A stretch of 64,000 nucleotides of DNA from Prevotella sp. (GCA_017556145.1 JAFZCU010000045.1:7270-71269), one strand, 5' to 3'; counted from the first letter of the stretch, positions 28,956 to 39,589 are shown. Notes: generated from the letters alone by a model not told the origin. A program made the numbers and translations.

Positions 28956-29000
28956 GATGTCTGATGTCTGATGGCTGATGTCTGATGGAAGATGTCTGAT
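28956..29000 (+). repeat. Heptamer tandem repeat (GATGTCT) x6
   Basis: gatgtct gatgtct gatggct gatgtct gatggaa gatgtct gat, immediately after the HU stop codon. Confidence 0.85.
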
Positions 29001-29014
29001 AATCCCGGTATTCT

Positions 29015-30523
29015 CTACTTATTGCCTGATTTCCGGACGTACCTGATGGGTTCTCCATCGCGTTTGAGGACATCTGCGAAGGTCTGGGGCTTAATCGTAA
29101 CGGGGCCTCGCATGAATTCCGGGATATTATAGCTCTTCAAGAACAGACGATGATAATCGGGATTGGCACAAGGCAGCTCGAAAGGCTTTGTGCCAATTCC
29201 TTTTTCGTTGATATGGGCGAAGAACGGACGGGTGTAGTTGCCATCGTTTCTGCGACTGCTGAAGACCACCCATTTGCCATTCGATGACCATGAGTGATAG
29301 CTCTCCGTATCTGGCGAGTTGAGTTCATCGGCAGGCTGTGCCACTCCTGTAGAAAGATTCATCATCCATAGGTCGGCATCGCGATGCCAGATGTGGAACA
29401 CACCGTATTCGGCTAAGGCGAACATCAGATAGCGTCCGTCTGGAGAGATGCGGGGCAGGGTTGCACTCTTGCCCAACGAATCTGCAGCGAACACCAGTTC
29501 ACGTGGCCCAAACTGTCTGGTGGAGGAATCGAAACGCTTGCGGTAGATATTGTATCTGACCGTGTCGTAATGGCTGATGAATTCCTTCAGTTTGTATTTG
29601 CTTGTGGTGGTGTCATTATATTCGAGATGGGCGCTGCAGTAGTAGATGCTCTTTCCGTCAGGAGCCCAGAATGGGAACACCTCAAGTTCATTAGGGTCGT
29701 TTTCTATAATCGTTGCCTCATTCTTCTCCACGTCATAGGCTATCAGGTCGCTCTCCGTATCAAAGACCTCAATCTTATTGGGGGCCGTGAGATGAAAGAT
29801 CTGATGGGTCATGTTTGTGGAATAGGCGATGAGTGGTAGTTGGGGATGCCAGGCCGGATAGACACCAGGAGAAAGGATGGAGTCATTGCTCATATTTATC
29901 TTTCGGATATTGCCGTCATAGGCGATAACCGTTCCCCCATTGTTCTGACGGGCGTGGAACTGCATTCTGTCAGGATTATACTGCTGGTAACTGTGACAGT
30001 TGATACACTGTCCGTTGATGTCATCCCCACAGAGCATATTGTCGTAGACGACATTCTCGTCGTAGTTTTCCAAACAGCGCTGACTGATGGTAAGTTCTTC
30101 ATAGCTTATATACGAGGGGTGGATAAGACGATAACTGATATAGGGGTCGATGGAGTCGGGTGACACAAAGATATTGAAGGGCTTGAAACGTGTCCACTGT
30201 CCGTTCTTATAGGCATAAGTCTCTACCTGTATGGCCTTGCCCTGTGCTGCTGCTGTAAGTTGCTTCCAGTCGCCGATAGAAGGTGTTGACTCGCTCCCGT
30301 GACAGACAATCTCCTCACTGCCAAAGGAATAGCGTACAGCCATCTCTTCCGAATCGTCATCCATCAGAAAGGTCAGCGGAGCGATATTGACAGGAACGGT
30401 CACATCGATATAGTCAGGGTAGATTTGTGGCAATTCATCTGACTGTGTGAATGCTGACGGCAGTTGCTGACCACAGGCGCAGAACAACAATGCGAGGGCG
30501 ATGACGATAATGGGTTTATTCAT
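29015..30523 (-). CDS. TolB-like (PD40 beta-propeller) lipoprotein with a CxxCH motif
   Basis: Lipobox FCAC; YPAWHP, FPFWAPDG, LPRISPDGRY, YHSWSSNG repeats; CINCH. Confidence 0.8.
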   Translation of the reverse strand: MNKPIIVIALALLFCACGQQLPSAFTQSDELPQIYPDYIDVTVPVNIAPLTFLMDDDSEEMAVRYSFGSEEIVCHGSESTPSIGDWKQLTAAAQGKAIQVETYAYKNGQWTRFKPFNIFVSPDSIDPYISYRLIHPSYISYEELTISQRCLENYDENVVYDNMLCGDDINGQCINCHSYQQYNPDRMQFHARQNNGGTVIAYDGNIRKINMSNDSILSPGVYPAWHPQLPLIAYSTNMTHQIFHLTAPNKIEVFDTESDLIAYDVEKNEATIIENDPNELEVFPFWAPDGKSIYYCSAHLEYNDTTTSKYKLKEFISHYDTVRYNIYRKRFDSSTRQFGPRELVFAADSLGKSATLPRISPDGRYLMFALAEYGVFHIWHRDADLWMMNLSTGVAQPADELNSPDTESYHSWSSNGKWVVFSSRRNDGNYTRPFFAHINEKGIGTKPFELPCANPDYHRLFLKSYNIPEFMRGPVTIKPQTFADVLKRDGEPIRYVRKSGNK

Positions 30524-30532
30524 GAAACAGCA

Positions 30533-32080
30533 TTAATTGATGTAATAATAGAAGAAGTAGCAATTCCTATATGCCGCTTTTACATTCATGAAATAGGAAT
30601 CATCAGAATCCTGTCGTGCGAGCGCAGACATGATATGGTTTTCAACGTTGCCAGCATTTCCGCTAACAGCATTACTATACTGTCTCATGTGAGTGACGGG
30701 TCCCATCTCGCGTGTTTCGGCAATCTGTCCAGGATTGTCAATAATCTTTCGCATCGCATCCGACCACATGCCATAATAGTGAGTATGACTGAGCAAATTA
30801 AGTGTCTTTCTGGCAGCTTGAGTCTCGTCACTTAGTAGCGAACAGCGGGTCATGTACTTCAGCAGCTCCACGTTCCATCCATACTCCACACCATCCTCCA
30901 TGCACATGCGATGGCAGTCGTTTAAAAGACCATATTGATAATATAGCAGGCGTCCGGTGACGTGGTACACCATATTGAGGGGCAGTTCTGTGTCAGCCTT
31001 CTTGTCACCTCTGGGGAAGTTTAACATCTCGTCGAAGCGTCCTAATCGCGTAAGGGCGAGATTATGCATCAGGCAGATGCTGCGGGTTGGCTCTTCATTA
31101 CCTTGTTTTAGTCCTTCATCCAGCACCCCTTCCCAGTCTGTCTTTTCGATACAGCGTTGCATCGTGAGTTCATGGTGGAAATTGTCGTCTTTATACCAAT
31201 AGTGCCACACACAGACAGCAAGGCTGATAACCATTACGAGCTGAAGTCCCCATCTGAAATGAGGTCTTTGCAACTTTACGGGCAGTGACACCTTGTAGAG
31301 TATAGTCATCAGGAGATAGAAGGCTCCTAATATATAATAAGGTATATAGTGAAGCGGATAGGGCTTTATGATATTGAATGTTGGAAGTGCCGTTGTCCAG
31401 ATCAAGTCGAGCTTGGTCTGGTAATAGACATACCGATAATAAATCAGCGGGATAGCGATGATACATAGCAATGCCACAGCAGTAAGAATCACATTATCCT
31501 TATTGTTTCTGGATAAGCGCCAGGTCCAGATGCCCATCAGCAGGATAGACATTAGTCCATATATACCCAAAAGAGGATATGCAACAGCGGTAATGGCAAG
31601 AAACCAGACAATGCGCAGCCATAGCTTCTTGGGCAATACCCGAAAAGCCCACAATAGAGCAACGGCAGCAGTAGTACCAATGGTAGCCACATAGAAGTAG
31701 CCTTGCAGCTTCATGAAATAGTGCCAGTAGCCTAAATGCATGTTGGCAATAAGCAGGATAGCTACAGGAATTAATGACAATACAGCCCAATCGTCCGAGA
31801 TTTTGAACGCACGTTTAGTAAGCCACATCAGCAGCAGCCACCAACCGCACAGCAAGAGTACACCAATCCACGGATAGAAGAAAAACTGCGTGAAGTAACA
31901 ACTGACGTATGACAACAAGCCTCCTGACACCACCATCCTGTCGTGGCAGAAGATGGAGGTGTCAAGAAACAAGTTGTACTGCTGTACTTTCCAAAGCAAG
32001 TCGGATTCATAAAACAACAGTGCCCAGGCAATAAGCAACAAGGCTCCCAGCCAAGGTACGAATGGTATGAATCTTTTCAT
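30533..32080 (-). CDS. Multi-pass membrane protein with C-terminal helical domain (DUF6057-like)
   Basis: Q.NLFL, GGLLSY...FTQFF..PW.G N-terminal pattern, ~9 TM segments, aromatic C-terminus; adjacent to the TolB-like lipoprotein. Confidence 0.7.
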   Translation of the reverse strand: MKRFIPFVPWLGALLLIAWALLFYESDLLWKVQQYNLFLDTSIFCHDRMVVSGGLLSYVSCYFTQFFFYPWIGVLLLCGWWLLLMWLTKRAFKISDDWAVLSLIPVAILLIANMHLGYWHYFMKLQGYFYVATIGTTAAVALLWAFRVLPKKLWLRIVWFLAITAVAYPLLGIYGLMSILLMGIWTWRLSRNNKDNVILTAVALLCIIAIPLIYYRYVYYQTKLDLIWTTALPTFNIIKPYPLHYIPYYILGAFYLLMTILYKVSLPVKLQRPHFRWGLQLVMVISLAVCVWHYWYKDDNFHHELTMQRCIEKTDWEGVLDEGLKQGNEEPTRSICLMHNLALTRLGRFDEMLNFPRGDKKADTELPLNMVYHVTGRLLYYQYGLLNDCHRMCMEDGVEYGWNVELLKYMTRCSLLSDETQAARKTLNLLSHTHYYGMWSDAMRKIIDNPGQIAETREMGPVTHMRQYSNAVSGNAGNVENHIMSALARQDSDDSYFMNVKAAYRNCYFFYYYIN

Positions 32081-33747
32081 CTTTTCACTACCTTCTTACC
32101 CTCGATGATATATATACCCTTGTTTAAGATGTCAGAGGAACTGTATTGACGGCCTTGGAGGTCGTAGATATAATGATTAGAGGTGCGGACATCCGAGGTG
32201 ATCGTCTTGACAGAAGTAAGCGGATTGTCCTTCATGATCTTTGATCCAGACAACGATGTGCTACCGTCGTCAGCGATAGTGAGCTCATAGTAGATGGCCC
32301 CGCCATCGCATCTCACAGGCTGACAACTGTCTTCATTGACAGCCTTCGAAGCCAGGTATACACGATAATGACCTGCTTTGACTTTGGTAAAGAACTTCGA
32401 GGTTGTCAGGTTGCCGGAACCGAAGAATGTTGCAACACCATCCTGCTTCGACAATGAGATGAATGTATTTCTCTCGGCATCCCCATCCGTATTCTCAAAA
32501 TTGAGTCCGATATCACCATAGAACCACAGAAAATGATAATTATAGATGGTATTAGACTCTACTTGGATAATCTTGCCTTCAACAGAGAGTTTATAGGGTT
32601 TTGAACCACACCACAACGACTGGTATTTCTCTCCCTCATCCGGTTCTTCCTGACACTTGAAACCAAATAACATGGATTGTTCACTATTGTAGTGACTACT
32701 CGTTGGTTTGCCTTGTTCGTCGAGAGGATTCAGGTCGGCAAAGTCGTAATAACCGTTTCCGGAACCACCCCAACCCCAGTTGACATGGATCCTTCCTTCT
32801 TCATCGATGCCATCGAAAACAAAGGCATGACCGCTGTTTGCACCCGCCGATCCTGTATAAAGAATCGGGCGATCGTTTCCCAACTCATCATAGATACATT
32901 GCATCCATACCTCTTCATCGAAATATTGGCGATAGTAGCAATGCATGGCCAATGAGTCGTAGCCGAAATTATAGGCAAAACCTCTGGCAGCCTCTACAGA
33001 ATAGGCACCACTACCATTGGAGCCATATTGCATGTGCGTTGCGAGTCCAGCATCCTTCATCAGACGTGCTACGGGAATACGAATCTCGTCAGTCAGGTCA
33101 AATACATTATAGGTGTCCTGCATCTTGTCCCACTCATAGACGCCGGTAATATTCTCTGTAACACGCGAAGAATTACCTTCTATGGTATAATAGCCCTTGC
33201 CTTTGCCCTGAGCAGGATAAGTAAAGTACTTCATGATCTGCGACATCGCAGTGGCCACACAGCCTGTAGGCGCGTGATTTCCCTTAAACTCCGGTGCATA
33301 GAAGTTGTAGGGGTCTCCCTGATCCCACTCCGTCCTGCAGAAGAACGGTTTTGGGGTAAAAGTGGCAGCCCGCTTAGCCGATACAGATGCAAACGACGTT
33401 TCCGATGCTTTCGATGCCATCTGCTCGCTAATGGCCTCCAGCCACCACTGCATGCCGCAAGGCAGATTGTTGGCATCAAAACGCGTATCAGAATAGCCGA
33501 TAATCGGGGTAAAACTATCATCGCGGCTTACGATGACATATCCTTGTGAATCATTGCCATACACACTATAGAACCGTTCCTCTGCCAGTTTCGTGACCGA
33601 TAACGCAGAGCGGGTTACTGCTCCCTTTGCCAGATGAGTCTGTGCAATAGCCAGCATCTCTCGCTCGGTACGAGGACCGGCGAGAGATGTGGTACTGCCC
33701 AACAGGAGGCAGAGAGAGGATATCAATAGAATCCTACGTCTGTTCAT
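32077..33747 (-). CDS. Peptidase C10 (streptopain/SpeB-like) with prodomain and CTD-like tail
   Basis: WDQGDPYN, TGCVATAMSQ (catalytic Cys), GHAFVFDG (His), HVNWGWGG; C-terminus IYDLQGR...KGIYIIEGKKVVKR. Confidence 0.92.
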   Translation of the reverse strand: MNRRRILLISSLCLLLGSTTSLAGPRTEREMLAIAQTHLAKGAVTRSALSVTKLAEERFYSVYGNDSQGYVIVSRDDSFTPIIGYSDTRFDANNLPCGMQWWLEAISEQMASKASETSFASVSAKRAATFTPKPFFCRTEWDQGDPYNFYAPEFKGNHAPTGCVATAMSQIMKYFTYPAQGKGKGYYTIEGNSSRVTENITGVYEWDKMQDTYNVFDLTDEIRIPVARLMKDAGLATHMQYGSNGSGAYSVEAARGFAYNFGYDSLAMHCYYRQYFDEEVWMQCIYDELGNDRPILYTGSAGANSGHAFVFDGIDEEGRIHVNWGWGGSGNGYYDFADLNPLDEQGKPTSSHYNSEQSMLFGFKCQEEPDEGEKYQSLWCGSKPYKLSVEGKIIQVESNTIYNYHFLWFYGDIGLNFENTDGDAERNTFISLSKQDGVATFFGSGNLTTSKFFTKVKAGHYRVYLASKAVNEDSCQPVRCDGGAIYYELTIADDGSTSLSGSKIMKDNPLTSVKTITSDVRTSNHYIYDLQGRQYSSSDILNKGIYIIEGKKVVKR

Positions 33748-34560
33748 TTATTGATGCTCCATTGTTACATAGAAGTAACCGAATGAACCTGCAGCACAAA
33801 TAGCGCCCATCGGTGTTGACTCCATCTTGCCGCCAAGAGCCGTGAACTTGAACTGTACGGCAGAAGTATATGCCGTCACTGCGCTGTTCACACCACGGAT
33901 CCAGACATCACCATACTTTGCGTGGACATAGATGACCTGCATGTTTGGAACGAGAACGATACCCTTTGCTGCATCATACTGACCCTGAATGGTCATTCCA
34001 CCATCCCAAATGTTGGTGATATTGACAATCGTAGGATCACTTTCATCAAACGTAACAGCCATCTCGTACTGACCGCCATTATCCCATTCTCCTGTATCTT
34101 GGTTGTAATCCCACTCTGTGGCAATATACATACCATCAATCGGGAAGATAGGAGCCTTCGGCGTTGTGACGGATTGAACGTCTGACACAATGGTACCGGC
34201 TGTCTTAGTGACAGCATAGGCACGTACATAATAGGTTGTCAGCTCTGTAAGACCACCCTTTTCTACCTCAAAGGAAGCATCGATTGTGTCATTTGGTAAA
34301 GAAGTCACATTCGTCGAGAAGTCGTTATTCGTTGAGATCTGTACACCTTCTTCTATAATCTCCTGGTGATTACCTACAGAAGCCGATGCGGTGATGGTCT
34401 GGAAGTCTACGGCAGTTACACTACCAAGCGAAACTGTTGCCGAGGAAGCCTTCTCATACTGTGCATCGATAGAAGCTTTATCATCCATAGTGTCGTAACA
34501 GCTTGTCAGCGAGAATGCTACAGCCAGACACGGAATCATCAATTTCATTATTTTCTTCAT
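33748..34560 (-). CDS. SusCD-associated surface lipoprotein with FN3-like region
   Basis: Lipobox LTSC; L..LTTYYVRAYA FN3-like motif; directly downstream of susD. Confidence 0.72.
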   Translation of the reverse strand: MKKIMKLMIPCLAVAFSLTSCYDTMDDKASIDAQYEKASSATVSLGSVTAVDFQTITASASVGNHQEIIEEGVQISTNNDFSTNVTSLPNDTIDASFEVEKGGLTELTTYYVRAYAVTKTAGTIVSDVQSVTTPKAPIFPIDGMYIATEWDYNQDTGEWDNGGQYEMAVTFDESDPTIVNITNIWDGGMTIQGQYDAAKGIVLVPNMQVIYVHAKYGDVWIRGVNSAVTAYTSAVQFKFTALGGKMESTPMGAICAAGSFGYFYVTMEHQ

Positions 34561-34584
34561 ATTCTTAATCTCCTATAATTTAAA

Positions 34585-36096
34585 TTACGGGTTCTGGTCA
34601 TCATCAGTAAGCTGATCGTTCTCCTGCATCTCAGAACGTGGAATCTGATAAGTCCAGCGAACATCCTGTCCAGGAATCTTAAGCTGATAGTCGCCTGGCA
34701 AGTGGTTGTTGCCTTCATAAGTACGGTCAATACCGAGGTTGTTACGCTTCATGTCGAACCAGCGGAAGCCTTCACCCCAGAGCTCAATACGGCGCTGGAA
34801 GAGAATCTCATTCAGTGTCACCTCAGATGCATTCCAGCTGGGCTGGCGATACTTCATCAGTTCACCAAGAACCTGGGCAGCCTGTCCGCCCTGTCCCTGA
34901 CGCACCAGAGCCTCTGCCTCGATCAGATACATCTCAGCAGCGCGCATATACATATAGTCCATAGTCCAGTTGCCGTCGTCACCGAATTTGACATTAGCAT
35001 AAGGCAGCTGAGCAGCAGATGTTGGCTGGCTCTTGTCACCTTCCGGACCGTTGAACAGGCTCTTACGGTAGTCATCATCAGGAATCTGGCTGTACAGACG
35101 GGCGTCGATCAGACGGGGAGCATAGCCGAGACCTGCATAACCAGGAGCCAGATTGGAAATCATAGAGAAGAATGAAGCATAAACCGTAGAGGTCTCAGTA
35201 GAATGGTCGAAGCCCCACATCCACTCTGAATTCTCAATATCATAGAAACCGTCGTGCAGACCGGCATTGCCCATTGGCTCATAGCCGGGGTCACCATCGT
35301 AGAATTTTCCGCTGCGTGCCTTTTTGGCAGCTGTTGCTGCGTCAGACCACTTCTGGGCAAGCAGATAGTAGCGGGCAAGTAGGCCGTTGGCAACGTGAGC
35401 GTCTACATAGTTCTTCGACGGGCGCTTGTACTTAGATTCCTCCAGCAGTTGTACGCCTCTCGTAAGGTCGCTCTCAATCTGCTCAAATACACGAGCCACC
35501 GTGTTGGCACCCTTCAGTTTTGTACGCTCTGCTTCATCAGGAACATCTACAGATGTAAGAATCAGAGGCAGACCTTTCTGAGTCATGTTAACTGTACCTT
35601 CGGGAGTCATGTAGTTACGGAACAGCTGAATCAGATAATAGTAAGAGAATCCACGCATGGCGAGCGCCTGACCAAGCAGGGCCTTCTCACCATCGGTGGA
35701 ACCACCATTGGGATACAGACCGATTACCTCATTAGCCTTAGAGATAGTGGTGTAGAATGTGGTCCAGCTCACGTTCACACGACGATAGTTGTACATACGG
35801 TTGTCAACCTGGTAGTCATAGTTGAACCAGTGCTCAGCAGCCATTGCGATATCCTCCGTACCCATGTCACAGGCATGGAGCGTAGCCATGAAATTGAAGG
35901 TGTCGTGCTGCGAAGCGTACATATCAACCAGGTGCGACCAGATACCATTGAGGAACACGTCGGGATTGTTACCGGCTGCGGTAGCAGCGGCATCAGCATC
36001 CAGACCGCGCAAGTCATCTCTGTCCAGATAATCACTGCCACAAGAGCCAAGTGCTAATGTCAGCAGTCCTATTGACATATATTTTAATACTTTCAT
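34585..36096 (-). CDS. SusD/RagB-family lipoprotein
   Basis: Lipobox LGSC; ALAMRGFSYYYL, RAAEMYLIEAEA, RRIELWGEGFRWFDMKR motifs. Confidence 0.94.
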   Translation of the reverse strand: MKVLKYMSIGLLTLALGSCGSDYLDRDDLRGLDADAAATAAGNNPDVFLNGIWSHLVDMYASQHDTFNFMATLHACDMGTEDIAMAAEHWFNYDYQVDNRMYNYRRVNVSWTTFYTTISKANEVIGLYPNGGSTDGEKALLGQALAMRGFSYYYLIQLFRNYMTPEGTVNMTQKGLPLILTSVDVPDEAERTKLKGANTVARVFEQIESDLTRGVQLLEESKYKRPSKNYVDAHVANGLLARYYLLAQKWSDAATAAKKARSGKFYDGDPGYEPMGNAGLHDGFYDIENSEWMWGFDHSTETSTVYASFFSMISNLAPGYAGLGYAPRLIDARLYSQIPDDDYRKSLFNGPEGDKSQPTSAAQLPYANVKFGDDGNWTMDYMYMRAAEMYLIEAEALVRQGQGGQAAQVLGELMKYRQPSWNASEVTLNEILFQRRIELWGEGFRWFDMKRNNLGIDRTYEGNNHLPGDYQLKIPGQDVRWTYQIPRSEMQENDQLTDDDQNP

Positions 36097-36122
36097 ATCC
36101 TTTATTATTATATTGTTGATGA

Positions 36123-39100
36123 TTAGAATGTGATATTGATACCTGCAGAGTAAGAGCTGAGAGCAGAGTATACATAGTCGGTAGCACCGCTGAAGCTCTG
36201 ACGCGGGTCAAGACCCTTACGCTTTGAGAGGAGCCATACATTGTCGCCAGCCAGATAAACACGTGCACGCTCGATACCAATCTTATTAAGAACCTTGACA
36301 GGAATGCTGTATCCCAGCGTAATGTTCTTCAGACTGAAGTAATTGGCTTTCGTCAGGAAGAAGTCGGAAGTGCTATAGATCTTGGCATCCTGGCTGGAAG
36401 AATTCAGCTTCGGGATATTGGTCTGGGTATTAGAGGGTGTCCAGCGATTGAACATATCCTTGTGGAAGTTGTGGCCATGGTCGCCGGCCTCCATCAAAGC
36501 TGCATAATAGCTATCGCGTACCCAACCTCCGAGCTGGAAGGCTGTCTGGATAGAGAGGTCGAAGCCATAGGCCTCAACATTGGTGCTGAAACCACCTGTG
36601 AGGTCAGGAATAGCGCTCTTGTCGAGGTTGACAATCGTTGCTTCAGAAGTGGTGTTCACAATCGTGACTTCCTTCACAATCTTGTTGCCGTCGCCATCCA
36701 CCTTAGGTGTCACGCCGTCGTCTTGCATCTCATAAGTATATTTGTTATACTGAGGCTTACCATTCTCAGGGTCTACACCCACATACTCATAACCACTCCA
36801 GTTATAGATAGAGCTGCCCTTCTTCCACCAATAGCTGCCACGCTCGAAACCTGCGGGATACTTCTCTTCAGGCTTTGAAGCGGGAAGTTTGGTCAGTTCG
36901 TTCTTGTAGTGAGCCAGGTTGATGGCTGCATTCCACTTCACATCCTTGGTCTTGATGATGTCTGCACTGATTTCAATTTCGAAACCGGTGTTCTTCATGT
37001 CAACCTCGTTCTTGTAGATCCAAGAAGGAGCACCCTCTGACTGTGCCAACGGGCTGGCAAAGAGCATGTCCTTATTATTCTTGATAAAGAAGTCGAAGTT
37101 GATGTTGATACGCTTCAGCAGTCCGAGTTCGAAACCGGCATTGAACATAGCCTGCTTCTCCCATGTCAGGTCAGGATTACCACGGAAATACTTTGAGAAA
37201 GCAGCGGCACCACCTGCCAGACGGCCTACAGAATACATGTCTGAGTAAGCATTCATATAGTCAGAGTCGATGTTGTCGTTACCCTGTGTACCATAGCTGG
37301 CCTTGATCTTCAGGGCACTGATAGGCTTCACAGTCTGCATGAACGGCTCTTTGTCAACACGCCAAGCGCCACCGATAGCCCAGAAAGTACCCCAGCGGTT
37401 ATCCGGATGGAAACGTGAGCTACCATCACGACGGATACTTGCATTCAGGTAATAGGTGTCGTTGTAATTATATTCACCCTTGAAGAGGTAACCCTCGAGT
37501 GCATACTCATACTGATAAGAGGTCAGGTCCTGATAAAGGGCTGCATTTGCAAACTCAGGATTGGTATAGTCAGAATAGTTCGTCATCTGACCATAGAGAT
37601 AGTTGTTTCTATCCTGCTTGTTCTCATGAACGGCCATCAGGTGAGCGGCATGCTTGCCAAACTGGTGGCTCCAGTCGAGGATCTGGTTAACGTTAAGAGC
37701 CTCATAACGGCTGTTTGATTTGTAACCACGACCACCTACGTTCTTTGCATCACCACCAACAGGTGTCATGAAACGGGTCTGCATGGTGTTGAATACGTCA
37801 TAAGCAATGTTGGCAGTAAACTTGAAGTCCTTCAGGAAAGAGAATTCAGCATAAGCGCGTGAACTAACGTTGTCACGGATAATCTCGTTGATATTCTCTT
37901 TGGCAGCTGCCAAGGGGTTGTTCTCTGAACCATAAGGACGGGCATATTCTGTACCCCAGTCATATTGGCTGTTGCCATCCTTGTCGAGCCACAGCGTACC
38001 ATCCTGGTTGTAAAGATAGATAGGATAGATAGGAGCAATGCTCTGACACCACATGAAGATGTTTGAATAGGCACTTGTGCTGCTGGGGTTGACAGCAAAC
38101 TGCTGCTGGTCAGTGCGGGCATAAGCCAGGTTGACACCCACCTTGACATACTGTCCAAGCTTCTGGTCAACTTTTGCACGGCCGGCGAAACGGTCGAAGT
38201 CAGAACCCGGCATATAACCCTCATCACCCAGATAGCTGGCTGAGAAGTAGGCCTGCGTATTATTGTCACCACCACTGATGTTTACATTATACTCCTGACG
38301 AAGCGTGCTGCGGAAAGGATCTGATGACCAATCGTCAGTCCACTTGAGTTCCGTAGCATTGGGATTCAGTTTTCCGGTCAGAGGATTGATCAGCTCGTTG
38401 TCAGCCACATTCTTGAACGCATTGTACTTCAGCTGGTCGCTGATCATGTTCTCAGCAGCATACTGGGCAGCGCCTGCGTAACCCATTGTGGAAACAAGGC
38501 TGTTGCGATAAGCCTCGAAGAACATCTCATAATACTCACCCGGATCGCTGATGATATCATAGCTGGGCACTGCGCGGGTGTTGAAACCCCAACGACCCTC
38601 GAAGTTGATCTTTGCCTTACCGCTCTTGGCTGCTTTGGTGGTAATCATAATCACACCGTTGGCACCACGAGCACCGTACATTGAGTTGGCGGCAGCATCC
38701 TTGAGCACAGTCATGGTCTCAATATCCTGTGTACTGATAGAGTTCAGAGAACCTTCATAAGGCACACCGTCAACAACGATCAGCGGGCTCTGGCTACTGG
38801 AGATAGAGCCTACACCACGAACGATGATGCTCGCACCTGAACCAGGCGTACCTGATGCGGATGAAATCTGAACACCGGCGACAGCACCTTCCAAAGCCTT
38901 TGACAGGTTTGACACCTGCAGCTTTTCAATCTTGTCGCTCTTCATCGTACCGGCAGAACCGGTGAATGAAGACTTCTTCTGTGTACCGTAAGCCACAACC
39001 ACCACCTCGTCGAGAGCGGCAGCGTCAGTCTTCAGGAACACGCGCATGCCGTTCTTGGCCTTCAAGGTCTGGCTCTCATAGCCCAGGTAAGAAACGGTAA

Positions 39101-39311
39101 TCGTGGTCTTACCCTCCGGCATTGTAAGCGAGAATTGGCCATTTGCATTGGTCAACATACCAGTACCTGTGCCATCAACCTTAACGGCAGCGCCAATGAT
39201 TGGCTGACCATCTTCCTGTGAAAGCACAGTACCAGAGATCTTTGTCTGTGCAACCGCACTTCCCAAGAAAAGGAAGAGGCTACACATCAACATCGTTAGT
39301 CTTTTTTCCAT
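36123..39311 (-). CDS. SusC/RagA-family TonB-dependent transporter
   Basis: LDEVVVVAYG, PLIVVDGVP, VLKDAAANSMYGARGANGVIMITTK, RDGSSRF, NPDLTWEK motifs; C-terminal Phe. Confidence 0.96.
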   Translation of the reverse strand: MEKRLTMLMCSLFLFLGSAVAQTKISGTVLSQEDGQPIIGAAVKVDGTGTGMLTNANGQFSLTMPEGKTTITVSYLGYESQTLKAKNGMRVFLKTDAAALDEVVVVAYGTQKKSSFTGSAGTMKSDKIEKLQVSNLSKALEGAVAGVQISSASGTPGSGASIIVRGVGSISSSQSPLIVVDGVPYEGSLNSISTQDIETMTVLKDAAANSMYGARGANGVIMITTKAAKSGKAKINFEGRWGFNTRAVPSYDIISDPGEYYEMFFEAYRNSLVSTMGYAGAAQYAAENMISDQLKYNAFKNVADNELINPLTGKLNPNATELKWTDDWSSDPFRSTLRQEYNVNISGGDNNTQAYFSASYLGDEGYMPGSDFDRFAGRAKVDQKLGQYVKVGVNLAYARTDQQQFAVNPSSTSAYSNIFMWCQSIAPIYPIYLYNQDGTLWLDKDGNSQYDWGTEYARPYGSENNPLAAAKENINEIIRDNVSSRAYAEFSFLKDFKFTANIAYDVFNTMQTRFMTPVGGDAKNVGGRGYKSNSRYEALNVNQILDWSHQFGKHAAHLMAVHENKQDRNNYLYGQMTNYSDYTNPEFANAALYQDLTSYQYEYALEGYLFKGEYNYNDTYYLNASIRRDGSSRFHPDNRWGTFWAIGGAWRVDKEPFMQTVKPISALKIKASYGTQGNDNIDSDYMNAYSDMYSVGRLAGGAAAFSKYFRGNPDLTWEKQAMFNAGFELGLLKRININFDFFIKNNKDMLFASPLAQSEGAPSWIYKNEVDMKNTGFEIEISADIIKTKDVKWNAAINLAHYKNELTKLPASKPEEKYPAGFERGSYWWKKGSSIYNWSGYEYVGVDPENGKPQYNKYTYEMQDDGVTPKVDGDGNKIVKEVTIVNTTSEATIVNLDKSAIPDLTGGFSTNVEAYGFDLSIQTAFQLGGWVRDSYYAALMEAGDHGHNFHKDMFNRWTPSNTQTNIPKLNSSSQDAKIYSTSDFFLTKANYFSLKNITLGYSIPVKVLNKIGIERARVYLAGDNVWLLSKRKGLDPRQSFSGATDYVYSALSSYSAGINITF

Positions 39312-39589
39312 AAAATCTCTCTTTAGTTAATATTAAACTGTTTATAAAATAATAATGTATATACTTATTTATTGGTCTTTTTGCTACTTTTAGCTTGCAA
39401 AACTAATGATAAAAATTCTAAATGACGAACAAAATTGTAAAAATATCACTTTACTAAGCAAAAATTAACATTTCCTAAGCTTTATCTTGACGTATATCAG
39501 CCGTCTGTTAGCGCATAGTAATTAATATAAAAATGAATAATTCGCAGAAAAGTTTGGCTATTTCATCAAAAAGCCATACCTTTGCAGGG

